From: an uncultured Geobacter sp.
Lineage (GTDB): Bacteria; Desulfobacterota; Desulfuromonadia; Geobacterales; Geobacteraceae
Assembly: GCA_903925075.1 (NCBI GenBank)
Contig: CAIYDQ010000015.1
Span: forward strand, 33 to 64,032
DNA length: 64,000 nucleotides
Direction: 5' to 3'
Positions within the stretch are counted from its first letter, which is position 1. The number at the start of each line of letters is the position of its first letter. Shown here one piece after another: positions 49,132-58,156 of this stretch. The notes under the pieces were generated by a model, which saw only the letters and a list, made by a program, of their open reading frames with translations, did no database searches and was not told the DNA's origin. The position numbers were made by a program, and so were the translations under genes.

Positions 49132-49315
49132 CGGTGTTGAGAAATAAATAAAGTTGCGCTTTTTAAAGAGTTTTCGCGTTCTGCATAATTATTGGCCAGA
49201 CAAATTAAGCCAGTAAAAGCAGATAGTTAGCAAAAGAAGATTGTATACCCTCGCTCGCGGCGCAAAAAACGGCAGCCGGTGCAATAACCCCATTTGGGTC
49301 CGGTGGAAATCCTGT

Positions 49316-49885
49316 TCATAACCGAAAGGAACCGGCCTCGATGAGCGTCCCCCGCTCAGCGAAAAGCGCCCCCTCCATGCTCAGCAATTCCCTCTTGGAA
49401 ACGACCCCGCCCGGCGCGGTGAATCCCGTCAGCACGCCGCTTGCCCCGACCACCCTATGGCAGGGGATGAAGATCGGCAGAGGGTTGGCGGCCATGGCGC
49501 CGCCGACGGCGCGCGCCCCTTGCGGAGAGCCGCAGCCGGCGGCCACCTCGGCGTAGCTGCGCGCCGTGCCGTAGGGGATGCCGGCGACCAGGCGGTAGAC
49601 CGCCTGGCGGAAGTCGGAACAACCTGGCAAATGCAGGGGAAGGTCGAACTCGACCCGCTCGCCGGCGAAGTAGCCGACCAGGAGTGCTGCGCCGGCGGCG
49701 GTCAGCGAGTTTTCCCCCGTCGCCCGGGGGTGGTGGCTTATCGCCAGTTGCCGGGCCGCCGCGGCCGAGGGCGCGCCGAACGGCAGGTGGTGGGCCACCA
49801 GCCCGTCGGCGTCCGCCGCCAGCGCGCCGAAACCGGCTGCTGTCCGATAGATGGAGAACGCCGTGGCTTCGGGATGCGTTTTCAT
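49316..49885 (-). CDS. ogt: Methylated-DNA--protein-cysteine methyltransferase
   Basis: Active site IPCHRVV, preceded by ..IPYGTARSYAEVA... The ATG at 49885 sits behind AAGGAG; an alternative ATG is at 49903. Confidence 0.88.
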   Translation of the reverse strand: MKTHPEATAFSIYRTAAGFGALAADADGLVAHHLPFGAPSAAAARQLAISHHPRATGENSLTAAGAALLVGYFAGERVEFDLPLHLPGCSDFRQAVYRLVAGIPYGTARSYAEVAAGCGSPQGARAVGGAMAANPLPIFIPCHRVVGASGVLTGFTAPGGVVSKRELLSMEGALFAERGTLIEAGSFRL

Positions 49886-49905
49886 CTGCGTTGGCTCCTT
49901 CATGG

Positions 49906-51483
49906 TTATCTGCTGCCCGACCTGCCCAGCTTTTTCCTCAGCACCCCCATGATGTCCCGGGCCTCCTCGCAGGCCAACAGGTGGGCCGCGACCAGAAAGA
50001 TCGCCATGCCAGCCAGGACCGCGCCCCCCAGGACCCCGCCTTTCAGCAGCCTGACGCCGGGCCGGGACCAGTCGATCGATCGCACGATGAAAAACACGGC
50101 CGCCGCCATGGGGACCGAGGCCAAGACCGCCTTCGCGCCCGATACGCCGATCGCGCGGCCGCCGAAGGGTCCGATCTTCTTTCTGAGAAACCATGACAAG
50201 AGCAGCATATTGCCCAAGGCGGAGAGCGAGGAGGCGAGCGCCAGCCCGCCGTGCTTCAGCGGCCCCATCAACGCCAGGCTAAAGAGCAGGTTCAACACGA
50301 AGGCGACCAGGGCCACCTGCACCGGCGTCTTGGTGTCCTTCAGCGCGTAAAAGGCCGGCACCAGCACGCGCACCAAGGCCACGAAGCTGAGCCCCAGCGA
50401 GTAGTACAAGAGCGCGATGCCGCAGTTGGCGGCCTTGGCGTAGCTGAAGGCTCCGACCATGAAGAGCAGCGAGAAGATCGGCGTGGCGCAGAGGGCCAGC
50501 CCGACCATGGCCGGAATGGTGATGAACAGGGTGAGCCTCACGCCGTAGGAAAGCGACTCCTTCAAGGCGTCCATGTCGCCGAGCGCCGCCTGCCTGCTCA
50601 TGGAGGGAAGGACGGCCTGGGCTACGGAGGCGGTGAAGATCCCTTGGGGGAATTCGAACAGCCGCTGGGCGTAATAGAGGTAGGAGACGCTCCCCTCGGG
50701 GAGCCACGAGGCGAGGATGGAGCCGACGGTGATGTTCAGGTAATAGACCCCCACGCCGAAGACCGCCGGCCCCATGAGCAGGGCGATCCTCTTCACCGCC
50801 GGATGCCCGAGCCGGAAATCGGGGCGCAACGGGAACCCCTTTTTGTAGAGCACCGGGAGTTGCAGGAGCAATTGCAGCACGCCGCCGATCAGCACCCCGA
50901 TGGCCAGCGAGACGATCGGCACCTGGAACCGGTCGTGCAACAGGAGCGCGCAGAGAATCATGGAGATGTTCAGGAAAACGGTGGAAATCGCCGGGGTGAA
51001 AAAGTGGCGCACCGTGTTGAGTATCCCCATGCACAGGGCCACCAGGCTCACGAAGAAGATGTAGGGAAACATCAGCCGGTTCAAGAGGATGGTGACCGAG
51101 ACCTTTTCGGGATTGACGGCGAAGCCGGGAAACATCAGCGCCACCAGTTGCGGCGAGAAGACGACGCCGGCGATGGTGATGGTGGCCATCACCAGGGTGA
51201 GCGCGGTGAAGCAGACGTTGGCCAGCGCCCGCGCCTCCTCTTGACCCTTGGTCGTGTACCATTCGGAGAAGGTCGGCACGAAGGCCGAGGTGAGCGCGCC
51301 TTCGGCGAAGAAGCGGCGCAGCATGTTGGGAATCTGGAAGGCGGCGATGAAGGCGTCCGTATAGAGTCCGGCGCCGAAAAGGCGGGCCACCACCATATCC
51401 CTGACCATGCCCATGATGCGCGACAGCATGGTGGCGGCGCCCAGCACCCCGGCGGCGCGGGTTATGTTCTTCTTTTCGGACAT
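49906..51483 (-). CDS. murJ: Lipid II flippase MurJ (MviN)
   Basis: ..AAGVLGAATMLSRIMGMVRDMVVARLFGAG..TDAFIAAFQIPN..RRFFAEGA... About 14 TM segments. Confidence 0.93.
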   Translation of the reverse strand: MSEKKNITRAAGVLGAATMLSRIMGMVRDMVVARLFGAGLYTDAFIAAFQIPNMLRRFFAEGALTSAFVPTFSEWYTTKGQEEARALANVCFTALTLVMATITIAGVVFSPQLVALMFPGFAVNPEKVSVTILLNRLMFPYIFFVSLVALCMGILNTVRHFFTPAISTVFLNISMILCALLLHDRFQVPIVSLAIGVLIGGVLQLLLQLPVLYKKGFPLRPDFRLGHPAVKRIALLMGPAVFGVGVYYLNITVGSILASWLPEGSVSYLYYAQRLFEFPQGIFTASVAQAVLPSMSRQAALGDMDALKESLSYGVRLTLFITIPAMVGLALCATPIFSLLFMVGAFSYAKAANCGIALLYYSLGLSFVALVRVLVPAFYALKDTKTPVQVALVAFVLNLLFSLALMGPLKHGGLALASSLSALGNMLLLSWFLRKKIGPFGGRAIGVSGAKAVLASVPMAAAVFFIVRSIDWSRPGVRLLKGGVLGGAVLAGMAIFLVAAHLLACEEARDIMGVLRKKLGRSGSR

Positions 51484-51516
51484 CTGCACCCTCGTACCAA
51501 CGTTTTTTTTGCGGTT

Positions 51517-52686
51517 CTACCTCTGCTCCATCCCGTCCAGGCGCCTGAAATACTCGTCGCGACAGAAATTCTCCACATCGACCATGGCGGCAAAGGCCTC
51601 GCCGAACCCTTGCCGGCCCAGCGTGAAGACGCCGTGACCGTAGACGATGGCGCTCCCGGTGGCGCCGATCACCGGCGGCACGCGCTTGGCGAGCCCGCCG
51701 GCGCCGATCTCGCCGGCTACCACCGGCGTCCCTCCCAAATGGCGCACTCGGGGACAGTCCTTCCAGCAGTCCTTGATGGTACAATCGCCGCTCTCGCAGA
51801 GCATGCTCATCACCACCGAAAACTTCGGGTGCCCGTGCAGGATCGCCTTGGCGCCGGTCTGCTCGAAGATCTTCCTGTGCGCCAAAAGCTCGCTGGAAGC
51901 GGTGATGCCGGTGGTGGAGGAGTTGTCGCCGGGGACCGGGTCGATGCACCCCTTGAGTTCATCCAGGCTGGCCGCGGTCTGCGAGATGTAGAGGAGATCT
52001 CCCGAGCGCGCGGAGATGTTGCCGAAAAAGGAATCGACCAGTCCGCGCTCGACCGTGTAGCGCCCCACCGACTCTATCTCGGCCAGGATCTCGTCCTTGT
52101 CCTCGGAAAGCATTGCCCTGAACGCCAGCCCCTCGACGCTGATCGGCTTCAGCCAGCGGCTTCGAAACTCTTCGAACGCCTCGCGCTCCCCCGGCAGCAG
52201 GAAGCCGTCTGCCAAAAGATCCTGCAGGTACTTGACGAAGGTGGAGTGGAACACGGAGGAGTAGTTTATGTAGGCCTGCTCGACGGTGATCGCCCCGACC
52301 GCCACGATCCCCACCCCTTCGACGATTACCCCCTTGCGGTTGGCCAAAAGGCGGGCGATCGCCGCCGACGGGTCAGCCGACAGCTCGTCCTTACGCAGAA
52401 AAGGGATGTCGTGCAGGAAGGTGCGGGTCTCGGTGTCCTGCGGCACGATGCAGCAGTCGCCGGCGGGGGCGCGCGCCACCAGCAACTCGGCGAAGGGAAG
52501 CGAGGGCGAGGCCGCCACCAGGGCCAGCGAGTTCAGGCGAGAGAGTGTGCCGCCGGCCAGCCGGGCGAGATCGGGCGCGCCCGCCGTGATCAGCAGGTCG
52601 TCCCGGGCCGCGAAGGCGATGGCCTCGGGGAGGGCCGAGCGGTCGGCTGCCAGTTTCGCCGCGTATTTTTCCAGCTGATCTCTCAT
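51517..52686 (-). CDS. Class II aldolase/adducin-domain protein with an extra N-terminal domain
   Basis: The C-terminal half (..FFGNISARSGDLLYISQTAASLDEL.., ..SSELLAHRKIF.., ..AILHGHPKF..) matches the class II aldolase/MtnB-like fold. The N-terminal ~190 aa are unassigned. Confidence 0.7.
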   Translation of the reverse strand: MRDQLEKYAAKLAADRSALPEAIAFAARDDLLITAGAPDLARLAGGTLSRLNSLALVAASPSLPFAELLVARAPAGDCCIVPQDTETRTFLHDIPFLRKDELSADPSAAIARLLANRKGVIVEGVGIVAVGAITVEQAYINYSSVFHSTFVKYLQDLLADGFLLPGEREAFEEFRSRWLKPISVEGLAFRAMLSEDKDEILAEIESVGRYTVERGLVDSFFGNISARSGDLLYISQTAASLDELKGCIDPVPGDNSSTTGITASSELLAHRKIFEQTGAKAILHGHPKFSVVMSMLCESGDCTIKDCWKDCPRVRHLGGTPVVAGEIGAGGLAKRVPPVIGATGSAIVYGHGVFTLGRQGFGEAFAAMVDVENFCRDEYFRRLDGMEQR

Positions 52687-52704
52687 TGCTTCCTTTGCCC
52701 CGGC

Positions 52705-54444
52705 TCAGGGCATCCCGTCCAGAAAGGACGGGTCGGCGAAGGTCCCCTCGGGCGTGAGGCCGCGGATCCGGTAGTACTTCTGCAACTCCTCCCGGAAACG
52801 GGCGCGCTCGATGGGGGGGACCTCTATCCCCTCTCCGGCCGTGCCGGCTTCCCGGAAAAACCGCTCGGGGAGCGTGTCGTCGGCGACGCCGAAGCAGTTC
52901 GCGCAGTTGTAAAAGCGCTCGGTGAGATAGATGCGCTCGCCGATGGCCTTCAGCGACTCGGGGCCGTAGTCGACGCCGGTCGCGGCACTCAAAAGTTCGC
53001 CGTACTCCTCCAGGGTGGCGCCGAAGAAGGCGAACTTGCAGGCGACAAGCGAATCCACCGCGGCGTTGACGTCTTCGGCGATCTTGATGATGCGGGCCTT
53101 GCCGGAGAAGGAAAAGCGGTCCGTCGGCACCGGCTTTCTGAGGATTTCATGGGAGATGGGATAGGCGCGCAGATGGCAGCCGCCCCGGTTGGAGGTGGCG
53201 TAGGCGAGCGCCATGCCGTAGGCGCCGCGCGGGTCGTAGGCGGGAAGCTCCAGCGACTTGACGCTCATGGAAAGCTCGGGCCTTCCCAGCCGCTCGGCGA
53301 CCCGGCGCGAGCCGAGGCTCAAAAGCTCCCCTTCGGCCCGCCGATAGGCGGTGTCGGCAAGGAGCGCCGGGAGTTCCTCGGCCAGCGGGAAGCGCCCCCT
53401 GGCCTCGCCGAAGGCCGAGAGCGTGGCCGCGGCCGAGATGGTGTCCATGCCCAGTTCGTTGCAAAGCGTGTTGGCCTTGACGATGGCCTTGAGATCGGAG
53501 ATGCCGTTCAGGGCGCCGAAATGGTTGACCGTCTCGTATTCCGGAAGCGGCTCCCCCTCGCGCGAGCTCTTTTTGCACTGGATCGGACAGCCGTAGCAGC
53601 CGTCCTTCCTGGCGCCGCATTCCCGGCGGATCGAGGGTCCCGAGTAGTTCCCGGAGGCGGCGAAAAAGGTGGCGCTGAAATTCTCGGTCGGCGCCATGCG
53701 CCGCTGCGCCATCAGATCGACCAGCGCCGGGGTGCCGTATTCGGCGATGCCGAGTTCGCCGAAGATCACCGGAGAGGCGCGGAAAAGACGCATCACGTCG
53801 CCGCGGGCCGCCTCGAAGCGCTCGCGGTCGGCGACCCGCGTCTCCCCGGAACCGTTGACGACGATCGCCTTCAGCAGCTTGGCGCCCATCACCGCGCCCA
53901 AGCCACCCCTGCCGATGGAGTTCCCCTCCCCCATCATGATATTGGCGAACAACACGCCGTTCTCGCCGGCCGGACCGATGGCGGCCACAGAACCCCGACC
54001 CTCCAGCGAGGCGACCGTCTCCCTGATCCCTTTGCCCCAGAGAGCGCGCGCCGGCAAGAGTTCCGCCCGCTCGCCGTCGAGGGCCAGCAGGACCGGCTCG
54101 GGACTGCGGCCGGTGACCAGCAGCGCGTCCACCCCGGAGGCCTTCAGCCGCCAGGCGAAGCGTCCGCCGGCGGAACAGTCGTAGATGGTTTCGGTGAGAG
54201 GGGAGCGCGAGACCGCGGCCAGGCGGGCCGAGGTCGGGGAGGCGGTCCCGCACAGGGGACCGACGGCGAAGATCAGCGGCAGGTCGGGATCGAAGGGGTC
54301 CAGGGTGAAATAATCCCGCATCAGTCTGACGCCCAGCCCCCGTCCCCCGAGGTAGGCGCGCAGCAGTTCTTCCGGGATCTCGCCCCTGAGGCAGCGCCCC
54401 CGGGCCAGATCCACGTGCAGCATTTTTCCTGTCCAACCGAACAT
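52705..54444 (-). CDS. aor: Aldehyde:ferredoxin oxidoreductase (tungsten/molybdopterin AOR family)
   Basis: N-terminus MFGWTGKMLHVDLARG....IPEELLRAYLGGRGLGVRL and ..DGCYGCPIQC.. (4Fe-4S Cys cluster). Family-typical length of 579 aa. Confidence 0.9.
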   Translation of the reverse strand: MFGWTGKMLHVDLARGRCLRGEIPEELLRAYLGGRGLGVRLMRDYFTLDPFDPDLPLIFAVGPLCGTASPTSARLAAVSRSPLTETIYDCSAGGRFAWRLKASGVDALLVTGRSPEPVLLALDGERAELLPARALWGKGIRETVASLEGRGSVAAIGPAGENGVLFANIMMGEGNSIGRGGLGAVMGAKLLKAIVVNGSGETRVADRERFEAARGDVMRLFRASPVIFGELGIAEYGTPALVDLMAQRRMAPTENFSATFFAASGNYSGPSIRRECGARKDGCYGCPIQCKKSSREGEPLPEYETVNHFGALNGISDLKAIVKANTLCNELGMDTISAAATLSAFGEARGRFPLAEELPALLADTAYRRAEGELLSLGSRRVAERLGRPELSMSVKSLELPAYDPRGAYGMALAYATSNRGGCHLRAYPISHEILRKPVPTDRFSFSGKARIIKIAEDVNAAVDSLVACKFAFFGATLEEYGELLSAATGVDYGPESLKAIGERIYLTERFYNCANCFGVADDTLPERFFREAGTAGEGIEVPPIERARFREELQKYYRIRGLTPEGTFADPSFLDGMP

Positions 54445-54451
54445 AATAGCC

Positions 54452-55543
54452 TTACAGGTAATCGAACTTCCCTCGGCGCTCCAACTCCTCGACCACCTTC
54501 TTGACGTCCTGGGCCGCCGACTTGTCGCAGACCAGCAGCGCATCCGGCGTGTCGACCACGATCAGGTCCTTCACCCCCACGAAGGCGACAAGTTTGCCGC
54601 CGCCATAGGCGAGGCAACCGTCGGAGCCGATCGACACCGACCCCTTGGCGTCGATCAGCACGTGGCCGTCCTCGTCCGCCATCATCACCTCGGGAAGCGC
54701 GCTCCAGGAGCCGACGTCGCTCCAGCCGAAGGAGGCGGCGATCACCTGCACGTCCTGCGCCTTCTCCATGACCCCGAAGTCGATCGACTCCCCCTTGATG
54801 CCGGCGTAGACCTCTGCTATCTGCGGCCTCAGGTCGGAGAGTTCCCAGACCTCCTGCTCGAAGGTCAGCTTCGCCAGGGCGGCGGAAAGCTCCGGCATGA
54901 AGGCGCCGATCTGGTCCAGGATGGCGCAGGCCCCCCAGACGAACATGCCGGAGTTCCAGTAGAAGCGCCCGGTGGCCAGGAATTCCATGGCCCGCTCCAG
55001 GGGCGGTTTTTCCACGAAGCGGCGCACGGCCACGGGAGCGCCGTTGCCGTCGGCCTCCGCCTCGATGTAGCCGTAGCCGGTCTCCGGCCGGGTCGGCGTG
55101 ATCCCCAGCGTCACCAGCTTGCCGCTGGCGGCGGCCTCGCACCCTTTGACGATGGTGTCCCGAAAGCGCTCCTCGTCCAGAATGTAGTGGTCCGCGGGGA
55201 GCACGACCATGACGCCGTCGGCGTCGAAGCGCGCGATGATGGAGGCGGCAAGACCTATGGCCGGCGCGGTGTTGCGCCCCACGGGCTCCTCGATCACGTC
55301 CACCGGCACGTCGTCGATATACGCCACCTGCCGCCTGGTCTCGGCCGCCTGCAGCGCGTTGGTGACGATCATCACCCGCTTGGGTTGCAGCGGCAGGACC
55401 CGCTCCACGGTCCTTTGCAGCATCGATTTGCCGCCGAACACCGACATCAATTGCTTGGGCGTGCTCTTTCTGGAAAGCGGCCAGAACCTCGTGCCGGAAC
55501 CGCCGGCAAGGATGACGATATACACGAATTCCCCCTTGGTCAC
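54452..55543 (-). CDS. Mannose-1-phosphate guanylyltransferase (nucleotidyltransferase part of ManC/CpsB-type enzymes)
   Basis: VILAGGSGTRFWPLSRKSTPKQL.., ..YGYIE.., ..FVEKP... The start is uncertain: GTG at 55543 or GTG at 55525. Confidence 0.88.
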   Translation of the reverse strand: MTKGEFVYIVILAGGSGTRFWPLSRKSTPKQLMSVFGGKSMLQRTVERVLPLQPKRVMIVTNALQAAETRRQVAYIDDVPVDVIEEPVGRNTAPAIGLAASIIARFDADGVMVVLPADHYILDEERFRDTIVKGCEAAASGKLVTLGITPTRPETGYGYIEAEADGNGAPVAVRRFVEKPPLERAMEFLATGRFYWNSGMFVWGACAILDQIGAFMPELSAALAKLTFEQEVWELSDLRPQIAEVYAGIKGESIDFGVMEKAQDVQVIAASFGWSDVGSWSALPEVMMADEDGHVLIDAKGSVSIGSDGCLAYGGGKLVAFVGVKDLIVVDTPDALLVCDKSAAQDVKKVVEELERRGKFDYL

Positions 55544-55562
55544 TGCATCGAACTTTAAGCCG

Positions 55563-55922
55563 CTACGCTTCAGGAGCCGGCTCCACCCGGTGATAGTCGT
55601 CCTGAAAACGGACGATGTCGTCCTCGCCCAGGTACTCGCCGCTTTGCACCTCGATGATGATCAGCGGGATGACCCCGGGGTTTTCCAGGCGGTGATTGGA
55701 GCCGATGGGGATGAAGGTGGATTCGTTGATGTTGACGATGCGCACGCTGTCGCCGCAGGTGACCTTGGCGGTTCCGGAGACCACGATCCAGTGCTCGCTT
55801 CGGTGGTGGTGCATCTGCAGCGACAGGCGCTGGCCGGGGATCACCTCGATCCGCTTGATCTTGTAGCTGCTGTTTTCGTCGAGAACCGTATAGGTCCCCC
55901 AGGGACGTTCTCCGCGCTCCAT
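55563..55922 (-). CDS. Cupin-domain protein equivalent to the type II phosphomannose isomerase C-terminal domain
   Basis: ERPWGTYTVLDE...YKIKRIEV.PGQRLSLQMHHHRSEHWIVVSGTA.V. Confidence 0.85.
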   Translation of the reverse strand: MERGERPWGTYTVLDENSSYKIKRIEVIPGQRLSLQMHHHRSEHWIVVSGTAKVTCGDSVRIVNINESTFIPIGSNHRLENPGVIPLIIIEVQSGEYLGEDDIVRFQDDYHRVEPAPEA

Positions 55923-55995
55923 ATATTACCCTCCAGGGTCTATTGAGGCCGTTGCACGCGACCTGCGGATGCCGCCGCTGCGTGCATGGTGTGGT

Positions 55996-56835
55996 TTACG
56001 GTCGTTTTGCCGCCCGCAGCTCCAGGTAGCGCTTGAGGGCCTGCTGCCAGGGCTGGGGAACGAAGCCCGTTTCCTGCGCGAGTTTGCCGCAGTCGAGGGT
56101 CGAGTACAGCGGACGCGCCGCCGGAAGACCGAACTCCGCCGTGCTGATCGGGTTGACTTTGACGTCGAGCCCCGCCAGCCGGAAGATTTCGCGGGCGAAG
56201 GCGTTCCAGGAAACGAAACCCGAGTTGGCCGCGTGGTAGGTGCCGCGGCATCCCTTCTCGATCAGCGCCTTGATGGCCAGCGCCAGATCGTAGGTCCAGG
56301 TGGGCGAGCCGATCTGGTCGTCCACCACCGAGACCTCGCTCCGCTCGCCGCCGAGCCGCAGCATGGTTTCGACGAAGTTTTTGCCCGCGTGGCCGTACAG
56401 CCACTGGGTGCGCACGACCAGGTGATCAGGGTTGAAGCGCGCGTTCATCTCGCCGGCCAGCTTGGATTCTCCGTAGATGCTGAGCGGCGCCGTCGGATCG
56501 TCCTCCAGGTAGGGAGAGCCCTTGCCGCCGTCGAACACGTAGTCGGTGCTGACCTGCACCAGCTTGGCGCCGATCTCCTTGGAGATCATGGCCAGATGGG
56601 CAACCCCCTCCCCGTTCACCTGCAGGGCCAGTTCCGTCTCGGTTTCGCAGCCGTCCACGTTGGTGTAGGCGGCGGCGTTCACCACCACCCGCGGTTTCAG
56701 GGTGAGCAGCACCCGCTGCACCGACGAGAGGTCCGTGATGTCGATCTCTTCGATGTCCACCCCGCGGGCCCCGCTCCCCAAAAGCGCCATCAGTTCCTGC
56801 CCGAGCATCCCCTTGCTCCCTACCACCAGTATCAT
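55996..56835 (-). CDS. rfbD: dTDP-4-dehydrorhamnose reductase
   Basis: MILVVGSKGMLGQEL.., ..VVNAAAYTNVDGCE.., ..STDYVFDG. Confidence 0.92.
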   Translation of the reverse strand: MILVVGSKGMLGQELMALLGSGARGVDIEEIDITDLSSVQRVLLTLKPRVVVNAAAYTNVDGCETETELALQVNGEGVAHLAMISKEIGAKLVQVSTDYVFDGGKGSPYLEDDPTAPLSIYGESKLAGEMNARFNPDHLVVRTQWLYGHAGKNFVETMLRLGGERSEVSVVDDQIGSPTWTYDLALAIKALIEKGCRGTYHAANSGFVSWNAFAREIFRLAGLDVKVNPISTAEFGLPAARPLYSTLDCGKLAQETGFVPQPWQQALKRYLELRAAKRP

Positions 56836-56868
56836 AAAGCCTCCCTTGGCTTAAAAGCTTCTTGTTTT

Positions 56869-56914
56869 TCATCGGACCGATCGGTCCGATCCGACCGATC
56901 CGACCGATCATTGG
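56869..56914. repeat. GGTCCGA/CCGACCGAT short-repeat palindrome between rfbB and rfbD
   Basis: 16-bp perfect palindrome CGGACCGATCGGTCCG (56873-56888), followed by tandem ATCCGACCG x2. It is compositionally related to 3884-3922. Confidence 0.8.
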
Positions 56915-56919
56915 TTCTC

Positions 56920-57984
56920 TCACGCCCCGTATTGCGTCAGGTAATACTCCCGATAGGCGCCGGAGGCTACTTCTTCGACCCAATCCTGGTTGGCGAGGTA
57001 CCAGTCGATGGTCTCGGCGATGCCGCGCTCGAAGGTGTAGCAGGGCTCCCAGGAAAGCTCGCGCTTGAGCTTGGTGGCGTCGATGGCGTAGCGACGATCG
57101 TGCCCCGCCCGGTCCTTGACGAAACTGATCAACTCCCGGCTCTCTCCCGCCTTCCTCCCCAACCGCTCGTCCATCAGGTCGCAGACCAGATGCACGATGT
57201 CGATGTTGCGCCACTCGTTGTTGCCGCCGATGTTGAAGACCTCTCCGGGGGTGCCTCGCTTCAACACCTGCTCGATGGCGGCCGAATGATCCTTGACGTG
57301 CAGCCAGTCGCGCACGTTGAGGCCGTCGCCGTAGACCGGCAGGGCGCGCCGCTTCATGATGTTGTGGATCAAAAGCGGGATCAGCTTTTCCGGGAAATGG
57401 TAAGGGCCGTAGTTGTTGGAACAGCGCGTGTTGAGCGTGGGAAGCCCGAAGGTCTCGAAATAGGCCCGCACCAGCAGATCGGCTCCCGCCTTGCTGGCCG
57501 AATAAGGCGAGTTGGGGGCCAGCGGCGTCTCCTCGGTGAAGTACCCCTCGGCGCCGAGGCTCCCGTACACCTCGTCGGTCGATACCTGCAGATAACGGAA
57601 GCTCGGCATGCGCTCCGCATGCTGGCGGCTCGCCTCAAGCAGCGTCTGCGTGCCGAGCACGTTGGTCTTGACGAAGATTTCCGGGCCGGTGATGGAGCGG
57701 TCGACGTGCGATTCAGCCGCGAAATGAACAACGGCGTCGACCTGCTGCTCGGCAAGGAGAGCGGCGACCAGGGGACCGTCGCAAATGTCCCCCTTCACGA
57801 AGCGGTAGCCCGCCCTGTCCTGCACCGGCGCCAGATTCTTCAGGTTTCCCGCATAGGTGAGCAGATCCAGATTGAGCACCCGGCATGCCGGGTTACCCGC
57901 CATGAAGTGGTTGATGAAATTGGAGCCGATGAAGCCAGCCCCGCCGGTCACCAGTAGCGAGGTAGGGGTGAAGTTCTGCTGCAT
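56920..57984 (-). CDS. rfbB: dTDP-glucose 4,6-dehydratase
   Basis: LLVTGGAGFIGSNF.., ..STDEVYG.., ..YSASKAGADLLVRAY... Confidence 0.95.
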   Translation of the reverse strand: MQQNFTPTSLLVTGGAGFIGSNFINHFMAGNPACRVLNLDLLTYAGNLKNLAPVQDRAGYRFVKGDICDGPLVAALLAEQQVDAVVHFAAESHVDRSITGPEIFVKTNVLGTQTLLEASRQHAERMPSFRYLQVSTDEVYGSLGAEGYFTEETPLAPNSPYSASKAGADLLVRAYFETFGLPTLNTRCSNNYGPYHFPEKLIPLLIHNIMKRRALPVYGDGLNVRDWLHVKDHSAAIEQVLKRGTPGEVFNIGGNNEWRNIDIVHLVCDLMDERLGRKAGESRELISFVKDRAGHDRRYAIDATKLKRELSWEPCYTFERGIAETIDWYLANQDWVEEVASGAYREYYLTQYGA

Positions 57985-58111
57985 GAATCCTCCAAAGGGG
58001 TGGATTTATTGTTTGCCTGACGCGCAGTTTCAAAATGGCCTGAGGCTTGCGGCCACTGACGATTCTACAGAAAACGGCCGGATTGTTAAAGCCACAAATG
58101 CGTTTGTCTTT

Positions 58112-58145
58112 CTTCGCGTGCTTGGCGTCTTCGCGGTTCCAATGC
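58112..58145 (+). repeat. CGCGAAG-type dispersed repeat
   Basis: CTTCGCGTGCTTGGCGTCTTCGCGGTTCCAATGC, in the lptD-rfbB spacer. Confidence 0.8.
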
Positions 58146-58156
58146 TTTTCTTCGCA

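Noticed and set aside
49047-49315. Chromosomal replication origin (oriC)
   Set aside because: There are only three clustered boxes, no dnaA/dnaN/gyrB/rpmH context, and no obvious AT-rich 13-mer-like unwinding repeats beyond an 11-bp tandem. It is kept as a DnaA-box cluster finding, not called as oriC.
50251-54504. 1417-aa plus-strand ORF, and similar long ORFs such as 4275-6317(+), 7394-8587(+), 43644-45557(+), 46464-48002(-), 55969-57957(+), 57857-60208(+) and 60232-61734(+)
   Set aside because: All lie antisense to, or out of frame with, genes that have unmistakable conserved motifs (murJ, aor, ABC-F, trpB, sdhA, tgt, rfbB, lptD, folC). Their translations are Arg/Gly/Pro/Ala-rich low-complexity strings, typical of stop-codon-poor alternative frames in high-GC DNA.
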